Shown here in pieces: positions 1 through 8,779 of a stretch of DNA of 47,005 nucleotides. Made by a program: the position numbers and the translations under genes. The DNA is from Verrucomicrobiales bacterium (GTDB lineage: Bacteria; Verrucomicrobiota; Verrucomicrobiia; Methylacidiphilales; JAAUTS01): contig JAISDC010000046.1 of assembly GCA_031265105.1 (NCBI GenBank), forward strand, positions 1-47,005, in the 5' to 3' direction. Positions within the stretch are counted from its first letter, which is position 1, and the number at the start of each line of letters is the position of its first letter. The notes under the pieces are model-generated. The model worked only from the letters and a program-made list of their open reading frames with translations. It was not told the DNA's origin and searched no databases.

Positions 1-1964
1 ATATCACTGCGGCCGTAGCCGGCATAGACTCCAAGATACAAGTCACTGTCAGCGCTGATGGTGAACTTGTGATCCGTGCCGAGATCGACGCCGTAGATGA
101 GTTGTTCGTAGGCTTTGCCCGATACTTGGTTGCTGACATTTAGCTGTTGGCCGTAGCTTCTTATCCAGATGTTTTCGATTATATGGAGCGCGGGCGTCCC
201 GCCCGCTGGCGGGCGGGACGCCCGCGCTCCATAGCGCAGTTCGCCCATACGTTTGAGCAAACTGTTTTGCTGCGCGAACCACATGGCTTGTTGGATGGCT
301 ACGCTGCTGTTGAGGACTGCGCCGGCGGGGCTGGTGCCGTTTTTGACGAAGTGGTCGCCGTCTTTGATGAGTTGGTCAATACCCCAGTCGATCGGATCCC
401 ATTGCCAGTGTTCGGTGCCGTCGCCGCTGACGATGCCGGGGAGGACTTGGTTTGGGTCGGCCTTGCCGTTGCCGGTGGTGTTGATGTGAACTGTGCCATC
501 ACCGTCAGCGGTGTCGATGACAGCGATGGAGCCGCCCTCACCGGTATCGCTGTTGACGCTGATGGTGAGGGTGCCGGTGTGAAGCATGTTGTCGAAGATG
601 ACTTCATAATCGCCGAGGTTCCACACGCCGTTGTTCTCACCGTAGTTGCCGTGGCTGTCTTTGTTGAAAGTCCACACGCTGTCGCTGCCGGTGATGAGGT
701 TGCCGCCATTGAAGCCGCCTTTGCCGGTGGCGCCGGTATCGAGGGTGACGGTGACGACGGCGGCGGCGTGTTGCGCGATGTCGCCGGCGAAGCTGCTGCC
801 GGGGCCGCTGACGGTGAGGTCGAGGGTGGCTGCACCGCTGCCGGTGACGGCGCTGGTGATGACGGCGCCGTTGCTGCCGCTGACGGTGAGGGTGGCGTTG
901 TCGTTGGCGATGAGGTCGCCGGTGAGGGTGCTGTGGTTCAGGTCGATGGTCAAGGTGGAGAGAACGTTACTTACGATATCGCCAGTCAGGGTGGAATCGG
1001 TGATGGCAACCGCCGCCGCGGGCGCGTTTTTTTGCCCGCTAACGATTTCCGTGTTGATGACGATGGGCGCGACCAGGTCGGCGCCGGTGATGGTGACGAT
1101 AGCGGCGGCGGCCATGTCCGCGCCGAAGTTCACGGCACTGTGCCCCGAGACCAAGGAACCGCCGTTGATGATCAAGACAGGGCGCTCGCTGGCAGAGCCG
1201 CTGAGGTTGATTGCCGCGACATTATCGGCGGTGATGTTCACGTTATTGAGCACGGCGGTGCCGGTGATGGCCAGATGGAACCCGCTGGCGGTATGACTTT
1301 TCGGGCCAGTGTGTACAATCACGGCGTCGGTGAGCGTGGCGAAGCTATCTTGACTGCGCACTCCGCGCCCGTCCGAGCCGGTGGCGGTGAAGGTGCCGCT
1401 GGTGATGGTCAGCGTGGAGCTGTTGTACACCGAAACGGCAAAAGCCGCATCCCCCGCCGTGGTGATGGTGACTCCGGACAAACTGACGCTGGCGGCGTCG
1501 GCCGTCACCCCATAACCGCCAAAGCCGGTAGTGGTGATGGTGACCCCGGATAAGTTGGCGTTGGCAAAGGAATTGACCAGCACCCCATGTCCCCGACTCC
1601 CGGTAGTGGTGATGGTGCCGCCGGTGATGGTCATGGTGGAGGAACCGAGCGCCGCCGCGCCGATGCCACTCTGCACCGGCCCGCCGGTGATGGTGGCATC
1701 GCGCAAGTCCAGCCGGCCCTGGTTATAAACGTAGGCGCCATAGTGTCCGTTATTGGCAACGGCGGTGCCGCTGAGGGTGAGGCGGGTGCCGCTGTACCAA
1801 GTCTCGCTGCCGCTGACTTGCAGGGCGGCGGTGCCGGAAATGCCTGCGTAGGTTTGGTCCGCTTCCGTCACGGTGCCGGAGGTGACGACTTTGTTTTCCG
1901 CGAGCACATTCAACGCGGAGGCGCCGAGGGCGCTGAGGATGAGGAGTGTTAGTTTGGGGTGCAT
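1..1964 (-). CDS. Autotransporter-family outer-membrane protein, paralog 1 (5' end complete, 3' end runs off the left window edge)
   Basis: ATG at 1964 gives signal peptide MHPKLTLLILSALGASALNVLA. This frame has no listed ORF in the track, consistent with it staying open to base 1 with no in-window stop. Gly/Thr/Ala/Asn-rich passenger. The last ~300 aa are near-identical to the full-length autotransporter at 13467..16013 (...NSLLKRMGELR...ENIWIRSYGQQ...YAGYGRSDI). Confidence 0.85.
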   Translation of the reverse strand, partial: MHPKLTLLILSALGASALNVLAENKVVTSGTVTEADQTYAGISGTAALQVSGSETWYSGTRLTLSGTAVANNGHYGAYVYNQGRLDLRDATITGGPVQSGIGAAALGSSTMTITGGTITTTGSRGHGVLVNSFANANLSGVTITTTGFGGYGVTADAASVSLSGVTITTAGDAAFAVSVYNSSTLTITSGTFTATGSDGRGVRSQDSFATLTDAVIVHTGPKSHTASGFHLAITGTAVLNNVNITADNVAAINLSGSASERPVLIINGGSLVSGHSAVNFGADMAAAAIVTITGADLVAPIVINTEIVSGQKNAPAAAVAITDSTLTGDIVSNVLSTLTIDLNHSTLTGDLIANDNATLTVSGSNGAVITSAVTGSGAATLDLTVSGPGSSFAGDIAQHAAAVVTVTLDTGATGKGGFNGGNLITGSDSVWTFNKDSHGNYGENNGVWNLGDYEVIFDNMLHTGTLTISVNSDTGEGGSIAVIDTADGDGTVHINTTGNGKADPNQVLPGIVSGDGTEHWQWDPIDWGIDQLIKDGDHFVKNGTSPAGAVLNSSVAIQQAMWFAQQNSLLKRMGELRYGARASRPPAGGTPALHIIENIWIRSYGQQLNVSNQVSGKAYEQLIYGVDLGTDHKFTISADSDLYLGVYAGYGRSD
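183..232. repeat. 50-bp perfect palindrome inside the autotransporter CDS (24-nt arms, 2-nt centre)
   Basis: ATGGAGCGCGGGCGTCCCGCCCGC-TG-GCGGGCGGGACGCCCGCGCTCCAT read directly. Each arm also contains its own mini-hairpin, GGGCG-TCC-CGCCC. It is translated in the gene frame as ...YGARASRPPAGGTPALH... Confidence 0.95.
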
Positions 1965-2003
1965 GTGGGTTCTTTCGATTGTTTGTGGTTGGTTGAAAAT
2001 TTG

Positions 2004-2065
2004 TTAATCCGCAGATTAACGCAGATGTTTTTAAATAATTTAATCTGCGAAAATCTGCGGATTAA
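2004..2065. repeat. Long hairpin element (about 23-bp stem, A/T-rich loop) in the autotransporter-1 leader
   Basis: TTAATCCGCAGATTAACGCAGAT ... AATCTGCGAAAATCTGCGGATTAA. That is 14 + 7 paired bases around a 2-nt mismatch, with loop GTTTTTAAATAATTT. The arm is a stuttered word (CCGCAGATT / AACGCAGAT). Confidence 0.85.
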
Positions 2066-2190
2066 GTAGCTAAAGCTGCGGGACGGTGCTCCCCTCGCCG
2101 CTGACGCTGGCGGATAGTATTCCGCCGGATGGGGAATGAACGGGGTAAAACTCTGCTGGGAAATTAGGGAGTCGGGGCAGGAGTCATACT

Positions 2191-2245
2191 GAGCGCGTGA
2201 GCGCGTGAGCGCGTGAGCGCGTGAGCGCGTGAGCGCGTGAGCGCG
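2191..2245. repeat. Octanucleotide tandem repeat (GAGCGCGT) x 6.9
   Basis: Six perfect 8-bp units plus 7 nt counted directly. It lies 227 bp upstream of the autotransporter-1 start codon. The paralogous position upstream of autotransporter 2 carries 9.9 units. Confidence 0.97.
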
Positions 2246-2288
2246 GCGCACATGGTCTATGACTTATCTTGCTCATCTTCAGCGGATA

Positions 2289-2317
2289 ACGATATGGAAT
2301 CTGGCTGTCTTGCGCAA
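2289..2317 (-). promoter_or_regulatory. Candidate sigma70-type promoter of autotransporter 1
   Basis: Minus strand reads A-tract, TTGCGC, 17 nt, TATCGT. The same -35 hexamer and 17-nt spacing followed by a TAnnnT hexamer is found at the paralogous locus (16358..16386). No experimental support. Confidence 0.35.
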
Positions 2318-2382
2318 GGTTTTTTTAGTTTTTTTAACCACACGAAATGTTTGGAGTGAGGACAAGGTTATATTGACATTGG

Positions 2383-2994
2383 TTATTTTGCGGCGGCGTA
2401 GAGTTTGCCGATTTCGTCCCAGTTGAGGACGTTCCAGATTGCCTTCAGGTAGTCGGGGCGGCGGTTCTGGTATTTCAGGTAGTAGGCGTGTTCCCAGACG
2501 TCAATGCCGCATAGCGGCTGGTGGCCGTCCAGCAGCGGGCTGTCTTGGTTCGGGGTGGAAACTACGGCGAGCTTGCCGCCGCTGTCCGTGACCAGCCAGA
2601 CCCAGCCGCTGCCGAAGCGGCCGGCGCCGGATTTTTCCATCGCCGCTTGCAGCGCGTCGAAGCTGCCGAAGGTGGATTTAATATCGTCGGCGAGCTGACC
2701 GCCGGGAGCCTTGGCGCCGCCGGGGGTCAGGATTTTCCAGAACAGGCTGTGGTTGGCGTGGCCGCCGCCGTTGTTGCGCACCGCGACGCGGACGGGTTCC
2801 GGCACGGCGCTGAGGTTGGCGAGCAAGCGCTCCACCGGCAGCGCCGCGAGGTCGGCATGGGGTGCCAGCGCTTGGTTCAAATTGTTGACATAGGTCGCGT
2901 GATGTTTGTCGTGATGAATTGCCATCGTCAGCGCGTCGATGTGCGGTTCCAGCGCGTTGTTAGCATAACCGAGGGGCGGCAGGACATAAGCCAT
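2383..2994 (-). CDS. sodA: Superoxide dismutase, Mn type
   Basis: 203 aa with [27 protein letters not shown] and [18 protein letters not shown] signatures of Fe/Mn-SOD. The G-G-H and NQD patterns indicate the Mn type. AAGGAA lies upstream of the ATG. Confidence 0.95.
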   Translation of the reverse strand: MAYVLPPLGYANNALEPHIDALTMAIHHDKHHATYVNNLNQALAPHADLAALPVERLLANLSAVPEPVRVAVRNNGGGHANHSLFWKILTPGGAKAPGGQLADDIKSTFGSFDALQAAMEKSGAGRFGSGWVWLVTDSGGKLAVVSTPNQDSPLLDGHQPLCGIDVWEHAYYLKYQNRRPDYLKAIWNVLNWDEIGKLYAAAK

Positions 2995-3057
2995 GATTTT
3001 CCTTTCGTTGTTGGGAACAACCTAATGCGCCGTCAGCGTCGCGCAAGGGAAAATTTT

Positions 3058-3122
3058 AACCGCAGAGGCGCGGAGATTTTTTTAATTAAATTAAACCTCC
3101 GCGCCTTTGTGTCTCCGCGGTT
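3058..3122. repeat. Imperfect long hairpin element in the divergent sodA / PHP-phosphatase intergenic region
   Basis: AACCGCAGAGGCGCGGAG, then A/T loop ATTTTTTTAATTAAATTAAAC, then CTCCGCGCCTTTGTGTCTCCGCGGTT. Inner 10-bp stem and outer 6-bp stem, with an extra stuttered word in the right arm. Confidence 0.75.
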
Positions 3123-3173
3123 TTTACAATTTGAGTTTTGAATTTTTTCCCAATCTGCCATTATGCACGGCTT

Positions 3174-3995
3174 ATGCCCGCGCCATTGCTTTATGAAACG
3201 CACATGCACACGCCGTTGTGCCGGCACGCTGACGGTCTGCCCGGCGAATACGCGGCGCGGGCGGCGCAGCGCGGCTTGAAAGGCATCATCGTCACTTGCC
3301 ACAGTCCGATGCCGGACGGTTTTTCCGCCCCGGTGCGGATGCGGCCGGAGCAGTTTGACGAGTATCTGGCGCTCATCGCCGCCGCTGAACGTGAGTGGCA
3401 TGGCCGCGTGGAGGTGCTGCCGGGGCTGGAGAGCGATTATTTCCCCGGCATGGAAAAGTGGCTGGAACAATTGCACGCCCGCGCGCCGTTCCATTACATC
3501 CTCGGCTCGGTGCATCCGCATATCCGGGAATATCTCGACCAATATTTCCGCGGCAACTGGCCGGAGTTTCACCGTCAGTATTATCGCGACCTCGCGGCGG
3601 CGGCGGAGACCGGGTTGTTCGACTGCCTGTCGCATCCCGACATCGTGAAAAACCAGGGCGCGGAATACTGGGACGTGGACGCGCTACTGCCGGACATCCG
3701 CCGCGCGCTCGACCGCATCGCCAGGACCGGCGTGGCGATGGAACTCAACACCTCCGGCCTGTTGAAGACCATCAAGGAAATGAACCCCGCGCCGGCGATT
3801 ATCCGCGAAATCCAGCAACGCGGCATCCCGATGACCGTCGGTGCCGACGCCCACGAGCCGTCGCGCGTCGCCGACCATTACGAGGAGGCGCTGACGCTGC
3901 TGCAAGAGTGCGGCTTTGCCTCCGTCAGCGTGTTCCTGCACCGGCAGCGGCGGGAGATTCCCATCGCCGACGCGCTGGCCAGCCTGCGCCGCTGA
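3174..3995 (+). CDS. PHP-domain histidinol-phosphatase family protein (HisJ/HisK type)
   Basis: ETHMHTPLCRHA N-terminal metal motif plus GSVHPH, SHPD and GADAH motifs. The track ORF begins at TTG 3138; the first ATG, at 3174, is used here. Confidence 0.8.
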   Translation: MPAPLLYETHMHTPLCRHADGLPGEYAARAAQRGLKGIIVTCHSPMPDGFSAPVRMRPEQFDEYLALIAAAEREWHGRVEVLPGLESDYFPGMEKWLEQLHARAPFHYILGSVHPHIREYLDQYFRGNWPEFHRQYYRDLAAAAETGLFDCLSHPDIVKNQGAEYWDVDALLPDIRRALDRIARTGVAMELNTSGLLKTIKEMNPAPAIIREIQQRGIPMTVGADAHEPSRVADHYEEALTLLQECGFASVSVFLHRQRREIPIADALASLRR

Positions 3996-4085
3996 CCGTC
4001 AGCTCGTTGCCGTTCAACTCCTCACCGTCAGCGGGTGTTGATTCTGTTTGCAATTTTCCGCGCCCGTTCCCATGCTGTGAGCCTT

Positions 4086-5093
4086 ATGAGCAGAAAAGTC
4101 ACTCTCTTTACCGGCCAATGGGCTGACTTGCCCTTGGAAACCCTGGCGATAAAAGCCAAACAATTCGGCTACGACGGCCTCGAACTCGCCTGTTGGGGCG
4201 ACCACTTCGAAGTTTCGCGCGCCAACCGAGAATCGTCCTACACCGGCGAAAAGCTGGCCCTGCTCAAGGGGCATGGCCTCGGCGTCTGGTCGATTTCCAA
4301 TCACCTGCTCGGCCAGGCGGTGTCCGATAACATCGACGAACGGCACCAAGCCATCCTGCCGCCGCACGTCTGGGGCGACGGCAAGCCGGCGGGCGTCAAC
4401 GAACGCGCCGCGCAGGAAATGATCGACACCGCCAAGGCGGCGAAAAAACTCGGCGTCCGCGTGGTCAACGGCTTCACCGGCAGCCCGATCTGGCACCTGC
4501 TCTATTCCTTCCCGCCGGTGCCGCCGAAGATGATTGACGCCGGCTTCGCCAAATTCGCCAAGCAATGGAAACCGATTCTGGACGAGTTCCAACAGTTGGG
4601 CCTCAAATTCGCGTTGGAGGTGCACCCGACCGAAATCGCCTTCGACATCGCCAGCGCCCAGCGCGCGCTGGAGGCGCTGGACTTTCATCCGGCCTTCGGC
4701 TTCAACTATGACCCCTCGCACCTCGGCTATCAGGGCGTGGACTACGTGGCGTTCATCCGCAAGTTCCACGACCGCATTTTCCACGCGCATATGAAGGACG
4801 TGTACTGGTCGCCAACCCCGACCGAGGCCGGCGTGTTCGGCGGGCACACCAACTTTGGCGACCCGCGCCGCTACTGGGAATTTCGCTCGCTGGGCCGCGG
4901 CTCGATTAACTTCGAGGAAATCATCCGCGCGCTGAACGACATCAACTACCAGGGGCCGCTGTCGGTGGAGTGGGAGGACATTCGCATGGACCGCGAGCAC
5001 GGCGCCACCGAGTCGGCGGCGTTCGTGAAACGGCTGAACTTCGCGCCGTCGAAAGTGGCCTTCGACGCGGCGTTTGACAAAAGCAACCAATAA
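4086..5093 (+). CDS. Sugar phosphate isomerase/epimerase (xylose-isomerase-like TIM barrel)
   Basis: [27 protein letters not shown] and SVEWED pattern typical of the family. Start moved from GTG 4035 to ATG 4086 (MSRKVTLF). Confidence 0.8.
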   Translation: MSRKVTLFTGQWADLPLETLAIKAKQFGYDGLELACWGDHFEVSRANRESSYTGEKLALLKGHGLGVWSISNHLLGQAVSDNIDERHQAILPPHVWGDGKPAGVNERAAQEMIDTAKAAKKLGVRVVNGFTGSPIWHLLYSFPPVPPKMIDAGFAKFAKQWKPILDEFQQLGLKFALEVHPTEIAFDIASAQRALEALDFHPAFGFNYDPSHLGYQGVDYVAFIRKFHDRIFHAHMKDVYWSPTPTEAGVFGGHTNFGDPRRYWEFRSLGRGSINFEEIIRALNDINYQGPLSVEWEDIRMDREHGATESAAFVKRLNFAPSKVAFDAAFDKSNQ

Positions 5094-5121
5094 CCGGCGA
5101 CCCCCAACCAAGGAAAACATT

Positions 5122-6303
5122 ATGAGCAATCGTGTGCTAAAAATCGGCATGATCGGCGGCGGCGGCGGGGCGTTCATCGCGCAACCGCACCAGCGGGCCA
5201 TTCACATGGACGGCACCCGGCGCGTCGTCGCGGCGGCGCTGCACCCCGACCCCAAGGTGGCGCTGACCGAGGCCGCCAACTGGCCGTATCCCGTCAAGGG
5301 CTACGAATCGTATGACAAGTTGCTGGAGGAACAAACCACCGCCGCTGACGGTGACCGCCTCGACTACGTGCTCATCGTCACGCCCAACTTCGTCCACTTC
5401 GACCCCGCCATCAAGGCCGTCAAACTCGGCATCCCGGTGATGTGCGAGAAGCCGCTGTGCATGAGCCTGGACGAGGCCGACCAAATCGTCGCCGCGGTCA
5501 GCGAGAAAAAAGTGCCGTTCGGCGTCGCGCACACCTACCTCGGCCACTGGACCACCCTGTTCAGCCGGCACATCATCCGCAGCGGCCTGCTCGGCGACAT
5601 CCGCTGGGTGGACTCCTCCTACATCCAAGGCTGGCTCGCCACCAAACTTGAGGACGCCGGCAACATGCAGGCGTCCTGGCGCACCAACCCGCAAGCCGCG
5701 GGCAAGAGCGGTTGCGGCGGCGACATCGGCACCCACGCGCTGATGCAGTTGCGCTTCCTCACTGGCCTTGAGATGACCAGCGTCAGCGCCCGCCTGGAGA
5801 ACTTCGTCCCCGGCCGCGCGCTGGACGACCACTTCACCGTCTATGGCAAACTCAGCAACGGCGCGCGCGCCATCATCCGCGCCTCGCAAATCTGCCACGG
5901 CCACAAGAACGACCTGGCCATCGAGGTAGTCGGCACCAAAGGCTCGCTGGCCTGGCGGCAGGAGGAACCCGAGGCGGTGACCATTTACCTGCCCGGCCAG
6001 CCCGACCGCAAGTACTGGCGCGGCGCGGTGTCGGCCAACGACGGCTTCCTCGGCGACCTGCCCGCGTGGCTGATGGCCGAGCCGAAAATCCCCAGCGGCC
6101 ACAACGAGGCGTTCCATGACGCCTACGCGCGGCTGCATCGCTTCTTCGAGGCGGACGTGCGCGCGTACTGGGAGAAAAAACCGTTCAAGAACGACGGCAG
6201 CACCTACGCCAACGTGCGCGACGGCCGTATCGGCATGGCCTTCATCGACGCCAGCGTTGCCTCCTCCGCCCGGGACGGCGCCTGGGTGGACGTGCGGGTA
6301 TGA
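5122..6303 (+). CDS. Gfo/Idh/MocA family oxidoreductase
   Basis: Rossmann N-terminus KIGMIGGGGGAFIAQPH and CEKP motif. ATG 5122 is preceded by AAGGAAAA. Paired with the TIM-barrel isomerase immediately upstream. Confidence 0.85.
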   Translation: MSNRVLKIGMIGGGGGAFIAQPHQRAIHMDGTRRVVAAALHPDPKVALTEAANWPYPVKGYESYDKLLEEQTTAADGDRLDYVLIVTPNFVHFDPAIKAVKLGIPVMCEKPLCMSLDEADQIVAAVSEKKVPFGVAHTYLGHWTTLFSRHIIRSGLLGDIRWVDSSYIQGWLATKLEDAGNMQASWRTNPQAAGKSGCGGDIGTHALMQLRFLTGLEMTSVSARLENFVPGRALDDHFTVYGKLSNGARAIIRASQICHGHKNDLAIEVVGTKGSLAWRQEEPEAVTIYLPGQPDRKYWRGAVSANDGFLGDLPAWLMAEPKIPSGHNEAFHDAYARLHRFFEADVRAYWEKKPFKNDGSTYANVRDGRIGMAFIDASVASSARDGAWVDVRV

Positions 6304-6358
6304 ACCGCTGAAAGTACTTCGGGCCTTGGCGTCTTCGTGGCGCCCGTTGTTTGATGTT

Positions 6359-6430
6359 TTACAGGGAGATCACGGAGTTCATGAAGGTTTTAAGCAAATA
6401 ATCTCAATGTTCTCCATGCACTCCCTGTAA
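6359..6430. repeat. Hairpin element between convergent genes
   Basis: TTACAGGGAGATCACGGAG ... CTCCATGCACTCCCTGTAA. Outer 10 bp are perfect, inner GGAG/CTCC pairs, and the loop is 34 nt and A/T-rich. Flanked by single arms of other word types (CTTCGGGCCTTGGCGTCTTCGTGG; CCTTTGCGTTCTTTGC). Confidence 0.7.
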
Positions 6431-6454
6431 AAAATCCTTTGCGTTCTTTGCCCC

Positions 6455-7795
6455 TCACGGCCGCGGCTGATTGTCAGCGGCGAAGGGTTGCCAATCGGAC
6501 TCCTCCCGGAGTAATTTTCGCGCCAGGCCGGTCACGCTGGTCACCGGGCCGCGGCTAAAATCAACCGGCGTATTCACCGTCACCCAGTCCATGTAATCGC
6601 CAACCAACGACATGTATTGCCACACCTCGCGCTCCTGCTGTTCCGTCGCCGCGACGCACGCCAGGAATTCGGCCTGCCGGCCCGTCAGCCAAACTTCCAG
6701 GCACAACCGGTAAAACTCGATGATTTTCATCCACGCCGGGTGCGCTTGCAATTGCAGATCCGACAAGGCCCCGATTCTGGCGCGCACCGGCTCAACGGCG
6801 GCCAGTTGCCCCGGCGCCGGCAGCTCCCTGATGGCAAAAACTTTGGCGGCCGCCGTCTGCCCCGGCGCCGCCGGCCGCAATGCCACGCTGATTTGTTTGT
6901 ATTGCTCAAGCCGCGCCACCGTTTGCTCCCAATCGCTGATTTTGCCCGGCGGCGGGTCGGCGCTGGCCTGCCACCAACTTTCATTGCGCGGGGCCGGGTC
7001 CAGGAACGAGCGGTCTTGCGCGTAATCGCCCGAACTCAGCCACAACACCAGCGCCTGTTTGGCGGCGGTTTCCACCGTCCCCGCCCGGACCAGCCAGTAA
7101 ACCAGGGCCTGCCGCCAGTGGGATTCCAACACATCGTCAGTGAAGCCGTCCCACGCCTGCACCTGGGCCAAAGTCGGCAGCCGCCCCAGTTGCCGGTAAT
7201 GCCGCGCAATTTTGGCGTAGGTGGCGTGGCGCGATTTCATCATGAGCTGCGTCAGCCCCTCGCGCAGCCAAAACGGCGGTTCCACCAGGCCGCCGTCCTT
7301 GACCGTCATGTGTTGCGACCACACCAGGGCCTGCAAATAACAGGCCATGCAGGAACGGTAAAATTCCTCCCGCAGGATGGCCTGCCGGCCGGCGTCACGA
7401 CCGTCGGCCAGCGCGCCGCGCGCCAGGATGGTGAACACCCGCGAACCGTCGGGCAGCAAGTCAACCTTGCGCGGGAACGAGGCAAACGAGTCGTAAGGCG
7501 GCGGCAGCGGCGTGCTATCCCAGGAAAGTTTCAGGGCGAACCCCGGAATGGCGGTCAGGCCCGTGGTTTGCAGGAAGGTTTGGTAGGCTTGTTCCGCCAG
7601 GGTCAGCATGGCGGCGTTCACCAGCGAATCGGCGCTGCGCGCGCTGATGGGATAATCGTCGCTGCGGTCATTGTACACGCGCACCAACTGCGGCTTGGCG
7701 GCCGCCGCGTCGTCGTCCTGCGCGGTCACCGGCAGCGGCGGCGCCGCCAGCGTCACCGCCAGCGCCGCCGACCATATGGCGATTTTCGGGTTCAT
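6455..7795 (-). CDS. Hypothetical secreted protein
   Basis: 447 aa from ATG 7795 with signal peptide MNPKIAIWSAALAVTLAAPPLPVTAQD. No domain recognised. The upstream part of the 769-aa track ORF is antisense to ispA. Confidence 0.65.
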   Translation of the reverse strand: MNPKIAIWSAALAVTLAAPPLPVTAQDDDAAAAKPQLVRVYNDRSDDYPISARSADSLVNAAMLTLAEQAYQTFLQTTGLTAIPGFALKLSWDSTPLPPPYDSFASFPRKVDLLPDGSRVFTILARGALADGRDAGRQAILREEFYRSCMACYLQALVWSQHMTVKDGGLVEPPFWLREGLTQLMMKSRHATYAKIARHYRQLGRLPTLAQVQAWDGFTDDVLESHWRQALVYWLVRAGTVETAAKQALVLWLSSGDYAQDRSFLDPAPRNESWWQASADPPPGKISDWEQTVARLEQYKQISVALRPAAPGQTAAAKVFAIRELPAPGQLAAVEPVRARIGALSDLQLQAHPAWMKIIEFYRLCLEVWLTGRQAEFLACVAATEQQEREVWQYMSLVGDYMDWVTVNTPVDFSRGPVTSVTGLARKLLREESDWQPFAADNQPRP

Positions 7796-7885
7796 GCGGT
7801 TAGCGGCTGCAACCCTAAGGCCGCGCCCCTGAAACTGCAAACATAATGACTTGCCCGCGGGAAAGGCTTGCGCGATAATTTTTCC

Positions 7886-8767
7886 GTGGACATCAAGACT
7901 TACTGGCAGCAACGGCAGCAAACTTTCGAAACCGCCCTCCAACGCGCCATTCCCCGCGCCAGTTTGCAGCCGCCCACCCTGCACCGGGCCATGCGTTACA
8001 GCCTGTTCGCCGGCGGCAAGCGGCTCCGCCCCATCCTGTGCCTGGCGGCCGCGGAATCGGTCGGCGGCCGGGCGTCGCACGCCATGCCGCTCGCCTGCGC
8101 GCTGGAATGCATCCACACGTATTCGCTGATTCACGACGACCTGCCGTGCATGGACGACGACGATTTGCGCCGCGGCCTGCCCACCGCGCACAAAGTCTTC
8201 GGCGAAGGCATCGCGGTATTGGCCGGCGACGCCTTGCTCACCTACGCGTTTCAACTGGCCGCGCAAACCAAGCCGACCGGGCGTTATGCCGCCGCCGATT
8301 ATCTCACCGAACTGGCCAACGGCAGCGGCCACCAGGGCATGATTGCCGGCCAGGTCGTTGACCTGGAGGGCGAGGGCCGCCAGGTTTCCCCCAAACAGTT
8401 GAAATACATTCACGCCAAGAAAACCGCCGCGCTCATCGTCAGCGCCATCCGTCTCGGCGCCATGTCCGGCAACGCCACGGACCGGCAACTGGCGGCGCTG
8501 ACCAAGTTCGGCAGCGCGCTGGGGCTGGCCTTCCAGGTGATTGACGACATCCTCGACCTCACCCAGACCAGCGCGCAACTCGGCAAAAGCGCGGGCAAGG
8601 ATTTGCAGGCGCGGAAGGCCACCTACCCGGCCATCCTCGGCATGGCCAGGGCGCAAGCCGAGGCCGCGCGCCTGACCAGGCTGGCGCAAACCACCATTCG
8701 CGCCCTCGGCCCCAAAGCCGCGCCGTTGCAAGCCATCGCCGAGTATCTGCTCGCGCGCCAGCACTGA
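7886..8767 (+). CDS. ispA: Polyprenyl (farnesyl/geranylgeranyl) diphosphate synthase
   Basis: First and second Asp-rich motifs [17 protein letters not shown] and FQVIDDILD. Track start is TTG 7868; GTG 7886 (VDIKTYW...) gives a typical N-terminus. Confidence 0.9.
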   Translation: MDIKTYWQQRQQTFETALQRAIPRASLQPPTLHRAMRYSLFAGGKRLRPILCLAAAESVGGRASHAMPLACALECIHTYSLIHDDLPCMDDDDLRRGLPTAHKVFGEGIAVLAGDALLTYAFQLAAQTKPTGRYAAADYLTELANGSGHQGMIAGQVVDLEGEGRQVSPKQLKYIHAKKTAALIVSAIRLGAMSGNATDRQLAALTKFGSALGLAFQVIDDILDLTQTSAQLGKSAGKDLQARKATYPAILGMARAQAEAARLTRLAQTTIRALGPKAAPLQAIAEYLLARQH

Positions 8768-8779
8768 GCGCGGTCACGG

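Noticed and set aside
147-1553. 468-aa + strand ORF (and 646..1296, 14427..15374, 15441..16139) across the autotransporter genes
   Set aside because: Antisense shadows of the Gly/Thr/Ala-rich autotransporter frames. The translation is low-complexity Gly/Ala/Asp/Val with no signal peptide or domain, while the minus-strand frame has clear autotransporter features.
1949-2251. Small ORFs translating the octamer arrays as AHALTRSR repeats (1949..2251 and 16199..16456, minus strand)
   Set aside because: They are simply the 24-nt period of an 8-bp DNA repeat read in one frame. They start at non-ATG codons and have no SD. The two copies are not homologous outside the repeat.
6455-8764. 769-aa minus-strand ORF
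   Set aside because: Only the part downstream of ATG 7795 looks like a real (secreted) protein. The N-terminal ~320 aa are antisense to the unmistakable ispA gene and are Arg/Gly/Ala-rich.
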